Below the pieces are notes generated by a model. That model was not told the origin of the DNA, made no database searches, and worked only from the letters and a program-made list of their open reading frames with translations. The translations under genes and the position numbers were made by a program. From contig CAVZDU010000001.1 in assembly GCA_963774265.1 (NCBI GenBank), forward strand, positions 608,001 through 672,000: a stretch of 64,000 nt of DNA, read 5' to 3'. Positions 21,914-31,963 of this stretch are shown here, in pieces; the stretch's first letter is position 1; each line of letters starts with the position of its first letter. Origin of the DNA: an uncultured Chloroflexia bacterium. GTDB taxonomy: Bacteria > Chloroflexota > Anaerolineae > CG2-30-64-16.

Positions 21914-22904
21914 GATCCCTTGTCCTTATAGAGGAAGCAAGCCACATGGTGGCCGTCGCTCATCTGGTAAAAGGACGGCTTCTCCGTCCGGCAGATGTCC
22001 ATTACATGGGGACACCGGGGATGGAAGCGGCAACCCGGTGGTGGCGCCAGATAGTTCGGGATTCGACCCGGTATGCCGTCGGAGACTCCACCGCCCGTCA
22101 GCCGTGGGACTGCTTCCATCAGTCCCCGGGTGTACGGGTGCAGTGGATTCTCAAACAGTTCGCGGCGTAACGGCCTCTTCGACCATGTTCCCAGCGTACA
22201 TGACGTACACGCCGATCGGTCATCTCGCGCACGATGCCCAGGGTGTGAGTGATCAGGATGATTGAAGTGTTCTTCTCCAGCACCAGCCGCCGCAGCAAGC
22301 GCAGAACTTGATCCTGGATGGTTACATCCAATGATGTCCCCGGCTCATCAGCGATCAGTAGTTTCGGCTGCGTGGCTAGCGCCATGCCGATGCACACACG
22401 TTGCCGCATGCCTCCGCTGAGTTGGACAGGGTACGCCTTCAGAAGTCGCGCCGGGTCGGCCAATGCCACCTCTTCCAACGCAGCAAGGGACCGGCTTTGA
22501 ATGTTGGTTAGCGAAAGATCCTGGCGCCCGACCGATGCGCGGATCACCGCCTCCAGTTGTTGCCCCACAGTGAACACCGGGTTCAGCGCCGCCGTCGGGT
22601 CCTGGAAGATCATCGAAACACCCTTGCCGCGCACCTGCTGGAGTTCGGACGAATTCAATCGTAGGACGTCTCTACCCTCGAACATGATCTGACCGTTCGG
22701 GATCTGCGCGGGAGGCATGGGCAACACGCGTAGGATTGCCTTCATGGTGGTGGTTTTGCCACAGCCTGTCTCGCCCACAAGCCCCACGCGCTCGCCCGCA
22801 TGCATGACGAAATTGACGCCATCCAGCACGCGCAGGCGACCACCGTAGACCTTAAATTGCACATGCAGGTTCTTTATCTCTAGTAGAGGGCGATTGGCGC
22901 TCAT
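21910..22904 (-). CDS. oligopeptide-family ABC ATPase (DppD/OppD-like); frameshifted near 22120-22210
   Basis: [35 protein letters not shown]. Confidence 0.88.
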
Positions 22905-22905
22905 G

Positions 22906-23835
22906 TCAGCTCCTCTCGGATGCAAGCATGTCGCGCATGCCATCGCCCATCAAATTGAATGCAAGGACGACTACGACAATGGCCAGTGCGGGGAAGACGG
23001 CGATCCACCATTGGTCCGGAAGGTACCGTGCGCCATCCGCAATCATGGTGCCCAGGCTGGGCTCTGGGGGTTGAACACCCAGGCCGACAAAGCTCAACAT
23101 AGAGCCGATAATAATCACCCAGGCGATATCGATGCTCATTTTAGTCAGCACAGGCGACAGCGTGTTCGGTAGAATCTCCCGGAAGATGATGTGCGACGAA
23201 CTGGCGCCGGTAACCTCGGCTGCGGTGACGAAATATTCATTGCGCAAGGTCACCGCCAGTCCATAAACCAGGCGCGTGTACCAGGGCCACCACATTAGCG
23301 ACACGGCGAGCATTCCATTCCAAAGGTTCGGTTTCAGCACCGAGGCGACCGCCAGCGCCAGGATCAAGGGCGGTACAGCCAGGAAGATATCTGTCGTGCG
23401 CATAATAACCGTGTCGATCCAGGTGCCGTGGTGGTAACCGGCCAGCAGACCCAGCAAAACACCGGGTGGCACCACTAGCGTTAAAACTACAACACCCATC
23501 AGCAGCGATGACCGAAGACCGAAAACGATTCGCGTGAGGATATCGCGGCCGATTTGATCCGTGCCGAAGATATATTGAAGATTTGGAGGCAGTTTGGCGT
23601 GGGCAAAGTCTGTAAAGGGACCGGCGTGTTTTGGATAGGGTGTGACTACTGGCGCAAGGGTTGCAAGGAGAACCAACAGCACAACTGCGACCAGCCCGGC
23701 GATGGATAGTGGATTCCGGGAGAATTTGTACCAGGACCGGCCGCGGCCTTCGCGCCGCGACTGGCGTTCAAGCTGTTTGATTTGCTCAGCCGTAAGCCTG
23801 CCGGGCAACGCACCGGCGGTCATATCTTCGGCCAT
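22906..23835 (-). CDS. peptide/nickel ABC permease (DppC-like)
   Basis: FGTDQIGRD, EYFVTAA..G EAA loop, LSFVGLG. Confidence 0.9.
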   Translation of the reverse strand: MAEDMTAGALPGRLTAEQIKQLERQSRREGRGRSWYKFSRNPLSIAGLVAVVLLVLLATLAPVVTPYPKHAGPFTDFAHAKLPPNLQYIFGTDQIGRDILTRIVFGLRSSLLMGVVVLTLVVPPGVLLGLLAGYHHGTWIDTVIMRTTDIFLAVPPLILALAVASVLKPNLWNGMLAVSLMWWPWYTRLVYGLAVTLRNEYFVTAAEVTGASSSHIIFREILPNTLSPVLTKMSIDIAWVIIIGSMLSFVGLGVQPPEPSLGTMIADGARYLPDQWWIAVFPALAIVVVVLAFNLMGDGMRDMLASERS

Positions 23836-23837
23836 CG

Positions 23838-24866
23838 CTATTCACTCCTTGCGGCGCGCAGCCGGATGCGCGGATCCAGATACGCCACGACGATGTCAAC
23901 GATAATGTTCACCACTACGAATACGAAACCGAGGACCAGGATGACGGCTGAGATTGCATTTAGATCCTTGTTTAGCATTGAGGTCATGCCGTAGCGAGCC
24001 ATCCCAGGCCAGTTGAAGATCAGCTCCACCAGGAATGCCACGCCCAACGTGGCTGCAATGTCCAGGCCAAGGATCGAGACGGTAGGGATGAGCGAGGGCT
24101 TGAGCAAGAAACGGTTCATCACAATTCGCTCAGGGATGCCCAGCCCACGCGCAGCCGCAATGTAATCCTTCTCAAGATTGTCTGCCATGGAGGAGCGCGT
24201 AATGCGCGCCTCCTGCGCAATCGACCCCATGGCCAGAGCCAGAGCCGGCAGGACCATATGCTTGAGTGCGTTTGCGAACGTAGCCAACTTGCCAGCGAGC
24301 AACGCATCTACAGTGATCATCCCAGTGACCAGGGGTGGCACCACGATTTGATCATCCAGCCGCCCGATGATTGGGAACCATTTGAGGACAAACCCAAATA
24401 ACAACACAAAGAGGATGGCAAAAACGAACGAGGGCGTGACGATGCCAGCATATGAGAGGACGCGCACGAGGTTGTCTATCCATGTGTCTTTGTAGCGCGC
24501 TGACAGGATGCCCAGTCCGATACCACCAACTGCGGCCATCACACCCGAAAATAGTACCAGCTCAAGCGAGGCGGGCAGGAATTCCTTGATATCTGTGGTC
24601 ACTGGCCGCTGAGTTACCAAGGATAAACCGAAATCGCCCTGGACCGCATCCACGACCCAATATCCGTATTGCACATAGATAGGATCGTTCAGGTGCATTT
24701 GATCGCGGATGCGATCCACCACCCACTGAGGAGCACGCGCACCCACGGCCATGCGAGCCGGATCACCCGGCATGAGGCGCGCAATAATGAAGATGACAAT
24801 GGAAAGTCCTACCAGTACATACACTGAGTGTAGCAGGCGACGGATCAGGAATCGTGTCATGGACAT
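23838..24866 (-). CDS. peptide/nickel ABC permease (DppB-like)
   Basis: PGDPA, GDFGLS, DYIAAARGLG, ELIFNWPG. Confidence 0.9.
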   Translation of the reverse strand: MSMTRFLIRRLLHSVYVLVGLSIVIFIIARLMPGDPARMAVGARAPQWVVDRIRDQMHLNDPIYVQYGYWVVDAVQGDFGLSLVTQRPVTTDIKEFLPASLELVLFSGVMAAVGGIGLGILSARYKDTWIDNLVRVLSYAGIVTPSFVFAILFVLLFGFVLKWFPIIGRLDDQIVVPPLVTGMITVDALLAGKLATFANALKHMVLPALALAMGSIAQEARITRSSMADNLEKDYIAAARGLGIPERIVMNRFLLKPSLIPTVSILGLDIAATLGVAFLVELIFNWPGMARYGMTSMLNKDLNAISAVILVLGFVFVVVNIIVDIVVAYLDPRIRLRAARSE

Positions 24867-24890
24867 ATGCTGTTAGCCTTTCGCGCCGGG

Positions 24891-24927
24891 CCTCCCGTCT
24901 CCCGCAATGTGAAGGGGAGACGGGAGG
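24891..24927. terminator. intercistronic hairpin after the substrate-binding protein gene
   Basis: 13-bp perfect inverted repeat cctcccgtctccc/gggagacgggagg; typical position for an mRNA-stabilising or attenuating stem. Confidence 0.6.
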
Positions 24928-24942
24928 ATAACACCTTAGCTT

Positions 24943-26676
24943 CTACTGGCAGGTGACTCCGATGTGCGCCGCGTAGAACCAGTAGGCCTGCAGGTTGCTG
25001 GCCTCACCTCGGCTGGCCGGCCAGTCGACGCAATCACGGTAGGCGTGCTTTTCCACCTGATCGTAGATCCAGACCGACGGGGCCAACTCCACCAACTTCT
25101 CTTGGATCGTGGCGTACTTGGCGTATCGTTCCTGGTCGTCGATTGTGGCCAGGGCGTCGTCGATAGCTGCGTCGAGTTCCTTATCCTGCAGCCACTCGTT
25201 CTGCTGCCACGTGCCGGTCGTGCTTGAGTGATACCGCTGCTTAATCATCAAGCCAGCCTCCGGCAAGTCGGACGACACGTAGATGGTCGCAATGGATGGA
25301 GCAGTCTCCAGCTTGCTCGTGTTCTCCACAAGGCTCAGCCAGGGCACCTTCACCACTTCTACCTTGATGCCGATTTCGGCCATGTTAGCCTGGAAGAGCA
25401 GAGCCCACTTCTCTTCATCTGGCACTTCTGCCACCCAGTTGACGTCCAGCGGGTACTTGTCGATCTCATTGGCGTACTTGCACTGTGCTAGCTCGGCCTT
25501 TGCTTTATCCAGGTCGCGCTTGTAAACCAGTACATTCGGGTTGTGCCCGGCCAGTGTCGCCGGCACCGGGCCGACCATCTGCTTCGTGCCAGGCCACTCC
25601 AGCCCGACGGCGGCATCATAGTCGAACGCCCACAGGATCGCCTTGCGGCAATGAATGTCATCGGTCGGCGCCTTCTTGGTGTTCACCATGTAGTAGAAGG
25701 ACGTGAGCCCGGGCAGCGCAGCGATCTTGACGCCAGATATCTTCTCCAGCGCCTGATAGGCCTCGAAAGACTGCCACTGATCCGAGACCTCGAGCTGCTT
25801 GTTCTCCATCAGGCTGCGGATGGTGACGGCTTCAGTTGTGCCGATGAAGCGCACCTCTGCCGGTGCGTTGGGATGGAATTCACCCCACCAATCGGGATTC
25901 TTTTCCATGAGCAGGTATTGTTCCAGCGGAAATTCCTTCACCTTGTACGGTCCGGATCCCGCGTCGTGAGTCTGTAGCCACTCTTTACCATAGTCGCCAT
26001 TGTCACCGTACGGCCCATCGGCTTTGGTGTTGGTGCGCACGGTCGCTTCGCTGGCGATGTACAGGCGGACCAGGCTGCCCAGGAACAGAGCCGACGCCTT
26101 TTTAAGCTTGAATACCACAGTACTGTCGTCCGGCGCGGTAATCGTTTCGACATCCGGAGTCACCAAATACGCGAAGCCTTCTCCGATGGTCTTCAGGCGA
26201 TCGAAGCTGTAGACTACGTCGCTGGCCTTCAGAGCGGTGCCATCATGGAACTTGACGTCGTTGCGCAGTTTGAAGGTGTAGGTAAGTCCGTCTGGCGAGA
26301 TATCCCACGACTCCGCCACCCACGGATCGACTCCGCCTTTCGCGTTCGGGAAGATCAGCGTGTCGTAGAGATTCGCTATTGAGGTGGATCCGGCGTAGTC
26401 GTTGCCGACAGCCGGATCAATGCGGTTGGGCCACGAGAACGTTACGCGCAGTTGGCCCCCTCCAGAGGGAACAGCCGCGGCTGGCGCTTCGGTCGGTTTG
26501 GCTTCCGGGGCAGTGGTCGGTGCAGGGGCCTGTGTGGCCGCGGCCGAGGGGGCTTCAGTCGCAGCCGGGGCTGGGGCTGAAGTGGCAGGCGCGGGCGCAG
26601 CCGGCGTGCCGCACTGTGTGAGGAGCAACGTCATCACAACCAGTACGGGCAGAACAACTAGAGTCTTGATTTTCAT
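24943..26676 (-). CDS. ABC substrate-binding lipoprotein, family 5
   Basis: lipobox LLTQC, Pro/Ala/Thr linker, YTFKLR..VKFHDG, GSGPY. Confidence 0.92.
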   Translation of the reverse strand: MKIKTLVVLPVLVVMTLLLTQCGTPAAPAPATSAPAPAATEAPSAAATQAPAPTTAPEAKPTEAPAAAVPSGGGQLRVTFSWPNRIDPAVGNDYAGSTSIANLYDTLIFPNAKGGVDPWVAESWDISPDGLTYTFKLRNDVKFHDGTALKASDVVYSFDRLKTIGEGFAYLVTPDVETITAPDDSTVVFKLKKASALFLGSLVRLYIASEATVRTNTKADGPYGDNGDYGKEWLQTHDAGSGPYKVKEFPLEQYLLMEKNPDWWGEFHPNAPAEVRFIGTTEAVTIRSLMENKQLEVSDQWQSFEAYQALEKISGVKIAALPGLTSFYYMVNTKKAPTDDIHCRKAILWAFDYDAAVGLEWPGTKQMVGPVPATLAGHNPNVLVYKRDLDKAKAELAQCKYANEIDKYPLDVNWVAEVPDEEKWALLFQANMAEIGIKVEVVKVPWLSLVENTSKLETAPSIATIYVSSDLPEAGLMIKQRYHSSTTGTWQQNEWLQDKELDAAIDDALATIDDQERYAKYATIQEKLVELAPSVWIYDQVEKHAYRDCVDWPASRGEASNLQAYWFYAAHIGVTCQ

Positions 26677-26814
26677 CTTCTTCGCTCCTTCTGGTCTTGA
26701 TTGCGGACATACCAACAGGTAAGAAGTAACCGGTGCATGTAGCACTCCCAGGACCACCTCCATTCTTCAGCCGGCGTCAGGCCGGATCATTTTTGCTCCC
26801 GCGCAGCGTCACCT

Positions 26815-27363
26815 CTACCGTTCGAGCGGTCCGGTCACGCTGCTCCAGATGAACGCGCAGACCTCCCGAAACTCGTTGCTCCACGTGTGGGGTTGGGCGG
26901 CATCGTAATGAAGGCTATCGCCTTCTGTGAGAGTAAAACACTCGTTGCCGACGTCGACGAGTAATTGGCCCGATAGGACAAACAGTAACTCCTCTCCGGG
27001 GTGGGTCGGAAGAAGTCCCGAGCTTCCCCCAGCCGGTGTCAGCACATGCCTCACGACGAGCCTTGCGTTGCCATTGGGTGTCAGGAGGCGCTCCGGTATG
27101 CGTCCCGGATTGCCCTTATCCCCGTCGCGATCCTCCAGACGGACAACATGGGCGGCTTCTGACGCCATCTCAAAGAAAGCGCGCAAATGGACGCTTAGCG
27201 CGCCTGCAATGACTGTTAGCGTCGGCAGGGACGGGGTCGTCTTATCGCGCTCAACTTGTGACAGGTAACTGGTCGAGAGACCACAGCGATCAGCCAGTTC
27301 TGCCAGTGTCAGTTTTTGTTCCGTGCGCAACGCTCTGATGCGTGCGCCGATACTCTGGGTCAC
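26815..27363 (-). CDS. XRE-HTH + cupin transcriptional regulator
   Basis: IGARIRALR..LSQVER..PSL; HPGEE..GDS..HTW. Confidence 0.88.
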   Translation of the reverse strand: MTQSIGARIRALRTEQKLTLAELADRCGLSTSYLSQVERDKTTPSLPTLTVIAGALSVHLRAFFEMASEAAHVVRLEDRDGDKGNPGRIPERLLTPNGNARLVVRHVLTPAGGSSGLLPTHPGEELLFVLSGQLLVDVGNECFTLTEGDSLHYDAAQPHTWSNEFREVCAFIWSSVTGPLER

Positions 27364-27438
27364 AGCTCAGTTGTCCATCAAAGCTAGGTTTGTTTCGGGG
27401 AAAAGGCGGCGGGTCTTTGGCGCCTGTTCCTGCGAGGA

Positions 27439-28002
27439 TCAAAAGATCGAAGGCGTGATCAAGCTGAGGAGAACAACGGGCTGGCTGCTGCGGTTCTCCA
27501 ACCGGTGCTTGGTGGTGGATTTGAAGTATGCGCTGTCGCCCGGATACAGATCATAGAATCCATCGCCGATCCAGATGCGGAGGGCGCCTTCCATGATGTA
27601 GAAGAACTCCTCCCCGGGATGTGCTCGGGCCTCGTCTGTCGGCAAGGCCTGGCTGGCCGGTGTGATTGCCATCTTGAATGCCGCAAGTCCCGCGTAAGGG
27701 AACTTGCCGGATAGAAGTGAGTATGTCGCGGCAGAGCCTTCGAAGCGAAAGGTCTCTCGATTATCATGCCGCACGAGCTTTGTCGGCTGAACATCGTCGC
27801 GAAACAGGTCTATGACCTGCACGCCGAGGGCCTGTGCGATGGCCTGGAGTGTGGTGATGGAGGGGACGGCTTTGTTCCGCTCTACCTGCGACAGGAATCC
27901 TGACGTACAACCGCTTCTCTCGGCAACCTGGTCGAGAGTCAACCCGAGTTTGGCCCGCAAGTCCTTGATCGTTTTGCCGATCACCTGGATTGTGGTATCC
28001 AT
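27439..28002 (-). CDS. XRE-HTH + cupin transcriptional regulator (paralog)
   Basis: IGKTIKDLR..LSQVER..PSI; HPGEE..GDS..HRL. Confidence 0.88.
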   Translation of the reverse strand: MDTTIQVIGKTIKDLRAKLGLTLDQVAERSGCTSGFLSQVERNKAVPSITTLQAIAQALGVQVIDLFRDDVQPTKLVRHDNRETFRFEGSAATYSLLSGKFPYAGLAAFKMAITPASQALPTDEARAHPGEEFFYIMEGALRIWIGDGFYDLYPGDSAYFKSTTKHRLENRSSQPVVLLSLITPSIF

Positions 28003-28009
28003 AAAGAAG

Positions 28010-28038
28010 TTTATAGCACCACTTCAATTCCATGTCAA
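28010..28038 (-). promoter_or_regulatory. sigma70 promoter, probably leaderless
   Basis: minus strand TTGACA (28038-28033), 17 nt, TATAAA (28015-28010), 7 nt, ATG at 28002. Confidence 0.65.
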
Positions 28039-28116
28039 TAGTGATTTTTCGAGATGGGTTTTGTCCAGCCGCCCACCGAAGAAGGTCATCCCTCTGCCCT
28101 AACCCTATGGAGTGTA

Positions 28117-29346
28117 TTACCCCCGACCCGCGCCAACCCCAGCGATTTTTCCCGTCACCCACGCCCACAGGAAATTATACCCGCCAATCGGACCGAAGGC
28201 GTCGAGCATCTCGCCGCAGAAGTGCAGCCCCGGTGCAACCCGGCTCTCCAGCGTGGCCGGATCGACCTCGCCGAGTGGCACGCCGCCGCCGGTGACTTCC
28301 GCGACGCGATATCCCTCGTGGCCGGACCACGGCAGCGCGTAGTGCGTCAAGGCATCGATCAGCCGCTGGCGGTTTTCGCGTCGCAACTGACCAAGTTTCA
28401 CGCCGGTCAGATTGAGCTCGGCCAGCAGGAGGATGGCCAGTCGCTCGGGAAGATGCTGGCGCAAGACTGCGATCACAAAACCTGATCCCCCGCGTAGCGC
28501 CTCATCCCATCCCCCAGCGTCCAGGGTTGACCACTGAATGGAGACTACCGGCCGCGGTCCGCCAACAAAGGTGGACCGCGCAGCCACGTGAGAGATGTTC
28601 AATACGGCCGGGCCGCTGTAGCCGCGGTGTGTGAACAGGAAGCCGTCGCGATACGAAAGCTGGCCCTTGCCGTTCGGATGAGGCGCACTGATCCTGGCCG
28701 TAAGAGATACGCCCGCCAACTCCTTGTGTGCGTTATTGTTGGTGGTGAGCGGGGTCAACGCAGGGTAGGTTGGGATCAGCATGTGGCCAAGCGCCAGCGC
28801 CATGCGTAATCCCTCCCCGTCACTGCCTGTGCTCGGCACCGACAGGCCGCCGGTCGCCACGATCACCCGCCCGGCCGCAAGTGTCTCCCCTGATTCCAGC
28901 CGCACCAGCCAGTGGTCGCCCGCGGCCTCGACCGCGGTTGACCGGGCATGGAGTCGCAACGCGACGCCCCCGGCTTGGGCGGCCCCAAGCAAGGCATCCA
29001 GCACCGTACCCGCCCGGTTGGTGACGGGAAACAGCTTGCCGCTTTCCTCCTCGAGTGCCAGGGGCACGGCCAGGTCATCCTCGAAGAACCTGCGAACCTG
29101 CGCCAGCGGCCATGCGGCGAGGATCTTCCGCAGGGTGTTTGGCGAGCCGTCGGTGTGGTACTCGGCCGGTGAGATGCGCGACGGCAGGACATTGCACCGG
29201 CCGCCGCCACTGATAAGTATCTTTTGCCCTGGCTTGTCGGTGGCTTCCAATAGAATGACCGGCCGCGGTCCGCGGCCAGCCCAGATGGCGGCGGTCAACC
29301 CGGCCGCGCCGGCGCCGATAATGACAATGGGAAGCTGGTCCATCAT
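28117..29346 (-). CDS. HI0933/YhiN/BaiN-family flavoprotein
   Basis: GAGAAG, KILISGGGRCN, ATGGLS, LFTHRGYSGP, VTGGGV, GGYNF. Confidence 0.92.
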   Translation of the reverse strand: MMDQLPIVIIGAGAAGLTAAIWAGRGPRPVILLEATDKPGQKILISGGGRCNVLPSRISPAEYHTDGSPNTLRKILAAWPLAQVRRFFEDDLAVPLALEEESGKLFPVTNRAGTVLDALLGAAQAGGVALRLHARSTAVEAAGDHWLVRLESGETLAAGRVIVATGGLSVPSTGSDGEGLRMALALGHMLIPTYPALTPLTTNNNAHKELAGVSLTARISAPHPNGKGQLSYRDGFLFTHRGYSGPAVLNISHVAARSTFVGGPRPVVSIQWSTLDAGGWDEALRGGSGFVIAVLRQHLPERLAILLLAELNLTGVKLGQLRRENRQRLIDALTHYALPWSGHEGYRVAEVTGGGVPLGEVDPATLESRVAPGLHFCGEMLDAFGPIGGYNFLWAWVTGKIAGVGAGRG

Positions 29347-30503
29347 CTCCCTTCGAGCGCGAGGTCGATCTCATCGCGCACGGTTTCATCAGTCTCAGCC
29401 GCAAGTGCCACGTGCAGCGCATCTGTCGCAGGGGCGCCGCCCAGCCGTCCCAGCGCCCACGCGGCGTGCGCTCGCACCAGGGGTTCGGTATCATGCAAGA
29501 GTGGGAGCAGGTGGGGGATCATGGCGGCGTCACCCGAATTGCCCGCTGCAACGCACGCATTGCGCACCAGCCCGCGGCGCTTTGCACGCAGGATCGGAGT
29601 GCCCTTGAAGGCCGTGTGAAACGCCGCTTCGTCCAGCGCCAGTAGTTTAACCAGCGGAATCGCCCCCTTCTCAGCCCCGGCGGGGTTTGGAACCCGCAAT
29701 CCGGCCATCGTGGCCTCCGGCGCAGCCCTGTTGTACGGACAAACTGCCTGGCATACGTCGCAGCCGAACACCCAATCCCCTACGAGCGGCCGCATATCTC
29801 GGGGGATCGGCCCGCGCAGCTCGATGGTCAGGTACGAGATGCAGCGCCGCGCGTCCAGGACGTGATCCGCAACGAAGGCCTTCGTGGGGCAAGCGTCGAG
29901 GCAGCGCGTGCAACTCCCGCAGCCGGCGAAGGAAGGCTGGCCCCCTTTGTGAGTCACCGCGCTCGCGAGCCTGGCCTCCAGTTCTTCGGGCACGAGCAAC
30001 GCCGCGACAAATGTCCAAGACCCCAGGCCGGGAGTGATCAGGCACGTGTTGCGCCCGGTGAATCCCAGCCCCGCCTGCTCCGCAAAATCCCGTTCGAGCA
30101 GTGGGGCCGAGTCAACGCATGCCTTCCCGAGTGACTCGCGGCCAGTTTGTTCTCGCAGGAGCGCGTCGAGCTTGAATAGCTGTGCCTTGATGACAGGGTG
30201 GTAGTCAACCGACCATGCGTAGCTGGCTATCCTTCCGTAAGTCCCCTCAGACCACGCAATGGGTGAGGCCGGCCGCGCGTAGTTGGCGAGAAGGACGATC
30301 ATGCTGGTCGCATCGGGCGCAAGAAGCTGTGGAGCCAGGCGCAAGGCTGCCCGCTGGGCCATGTACGCCATCTCGCCGTGGTAACCCGCTTCGAGCCACG
30401 CCCGATACGCGTCTCCAGTGCGCGGCACAGGGAGGGGCAGGGTCGCCGCCAGATCGAACCCCAGGGTCAGGGCGTAGCCAAGCGCTTCATCAGCCAGTGT
30501 CAT
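29343..30503 (-). CDS. queG: epoxyqueuosine reductase
   Basis: YHGEMAYM, VDSAPLLER, CGSCTRCLDACPT, CISYLTIE, GCDVCQAVCP, C-terminal HEAT repeats. Confidence 0.93.
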   Translation of the reverse strand: MTLADEALGYALTLGFDLAATLPLPVPRTGDAYRAWLEAGYHGEMAYMAQRAALRLAPQLLAPDATSMIVLLANYARPASPIAWSEGTYGRIASYAWSVDYHPVIKAQLFKLDALLREQTGRESLGKACVDSAPLLERDFAEQAGLGFTGRNTCLITPGLGSWTFVAALLVPEELEARLASAVTHKGGQPSFAGCGSCTRCLDACPTKAFVADHVLDARRCISYLTIELRGPIPRDMRPLVGDWVFGCDVCQAVCPYNRAAPEATMAGLRVPNPAGAEKGAIPLVKLLALDEAAFHTAFKGTPILRAKRRGLVRNACVAAGNSGDAAMIPHLLPLLHDTEPLVRAHAAWALGRLGGAPATDALHVALAAETDETVRDEIDLALEGR

Positions 30504-30510
30504 CGTTGTG

Positions 30511-30519
30511 ATTATAGCA
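30511..30519 (-). promoter_or_regulatory. extended -10 promoter for queG, probably leaderless
   Basis: minus strand TG-C-TATAAT, 7 nt, ATG at 30503. Confidence 0.6.
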
Positions 30520-30611
30520 GCCGCCGCGATAACCGTAAACCGCCCCTTTACTTTGCCCTGGTGCACGCTATAATTGCTTCATATCGGCATCCATAAGAAA
30601 AAGGGAATCCT

Positions 30612-31139
30612 ATGAACAAACGTCTCACTCCTGCAATGATCGGCCTTTTGGCCGTCCTGATTGCATTGACCGCGGTCTTCACACTGCTGATTCGGGTTCC
30701 CACCCCAGCGCGCGGTTACGTGAATCTCTCTGATGTCGCGATCACCTTTGCCGGGCTGGCGTTCGGCCCCTGGGTCGGTGCGATCGCAGGCGGTGTCGGC
30801 ACCGCGCTGGCTGATCTGCTCGGCGGGTTTGCGCCTTACGCACCCATCAGCCTGGTCGCACATGGTCTCCAGGGCCTGCTGGTCGGGTTGATCGGTCACC
30901 GCCAGCGCAGCGTGCCCCGTATGATCCTCGCCTGGTTGGCCGGCGCGGTCGCTATGTTGGCCGGTTATCTCCTGGGGGGCGCCCTCTACGTCGGTCTGCC
31001 GACCGCGCTTCTGGAGGTCCCTCTCAATGCATTCCAGACTATCGTTGGAGCCCTTGTGGGCATCCCACTGGTGTTCGCCGTGCGCAGGGCTTATCCGGCG
31101 GTGGATCGCCTGGGTCAGCGGCAGACGTGGACCGAGTAG
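30612..31139 (+). CDS. ECF transporter S component
   Basis: GYVNLSD..FGPWVGAIAGGVGTALADLLGG..HGLQG; about six TM segments. Confidence 0.88.
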   Translation: MNKRLTPAMIGLLAVLIALTAVFTLLIRVPTPARGYVNLSDVAITFAGLAFGPWVGAIAGGVGTALADLLGGFAPYAPISLVAHGLQGLLVGLIGHRQRSVPRMILAWLAGAVAMLAGYLLGGALYVGLPTALLEVPLNAFQTIVGALVGIPLVFAVRRAYPAVDRLGQRQTWTE

Positions 31140-31963
31140 CAGCAGCCGAAGCAAGCGCGCGAACGATGGTCGAGGTGCGCGACCTGACCTTCGCATATGG
31201 CGATGGGTTGCCGGTGTTCGACAACTTTTCGTGGGCCGTTCAAACTGGTGAGGCGTGGGCCCTGATCGGTCCGTCGGGCTGCGGCAAGAGCACCCTGCTT
31301 TATCTGATCGCCGGCCTGCGCCAGCCCAAAGGGGGCCGCATCCTCGTGGACGGCCATCCCGTGCCGCGGCCGCGCGCCAGCACAGGCCTGATCCTGCAAG
31401 ACTACGGTCTATTGCCCTGGGCGACAGTCTGGGAGAACGTGGCACTGCCGATGCGCCTGGGTCAGTTCTATCGGGGTAAGGGTGATGAAGGGGACCCTGA
31501 GCGCCCCTACCCGCGCACTGATATCGTGCCGGAGCAGGTCGACGAATGGCTCGCGCGCCTGGGCATCGCGGATCAGCGCAGCAAGTATCCCGGGCAGCTC
31601 AGCGGGGGGCAGCGCCAGCGCGCCGCAATTGCGCGCAGCCTCCTCCAGCAGCCGAACCTGCTGCTCATGGACGAACCGTTTTCATCCCTCGACGCGGTCA
31701 CGCGCGAGGATCTCCAGCTCCTCACCGCTGAGCTGCGAGAAGAGACAGGGGTCACGACACTGGTGGTGACTCACACCATCGAAGAGGCCGCGTTTCTCGG
31801 CCGCCGCATCCTGGTCCTGAATAAGCCGCCCAACGCCCGGCCGCGCATCGTGGACAATGCGGGTGCAGGCGACCCGGCCTATCGCGGCCAACCCGCGTTC
31901 TGGGCCAAGGTGGCCGAGCTGCGCGCGCTGCTCGGTGCAGAGGCCGGCGAGAGGAGCGCGTGA
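31127..31963 (+). CDS. NitT/TauT-family ABC ATPase
   Basis: GPSGCGKST, LLPWATV..NV, LSGGQRQR, LMDEPFSSLD, VTH. Confidence 0.9.
   Translation: MDRVAAAEASARTMVEVRDLTFAYGDGLPVFDNFSWAVQTGEAWALIGPSGCGKSTLLYLIAGLRQPKGGRILVDGHPVPRPRASTGLILQDYGLLPWATVWENVALPMRLGQFYRGKGDEGDPERPYPRTDIVPEQVDEWLARLGIADQRSKYPGQLSGGQRQRAAIARSLLQQPNLLLMDEPFSSLDAVTREDLQLLTAELREETGVTTLVVTHTIEEAAFLGRRILVLNKPPNARPRIVDNAGAGDPAYRGQPAFWAKVAELRALLGAEAGERSA

Noticed and set aside
30520-30611. Riboswitch (e.g. preQ1 or TPP) ahead of the ECF S component next to queG
   Set aside because: The intergenic space is mostly divergent promoter elements and no aptamer consensus was recognised.
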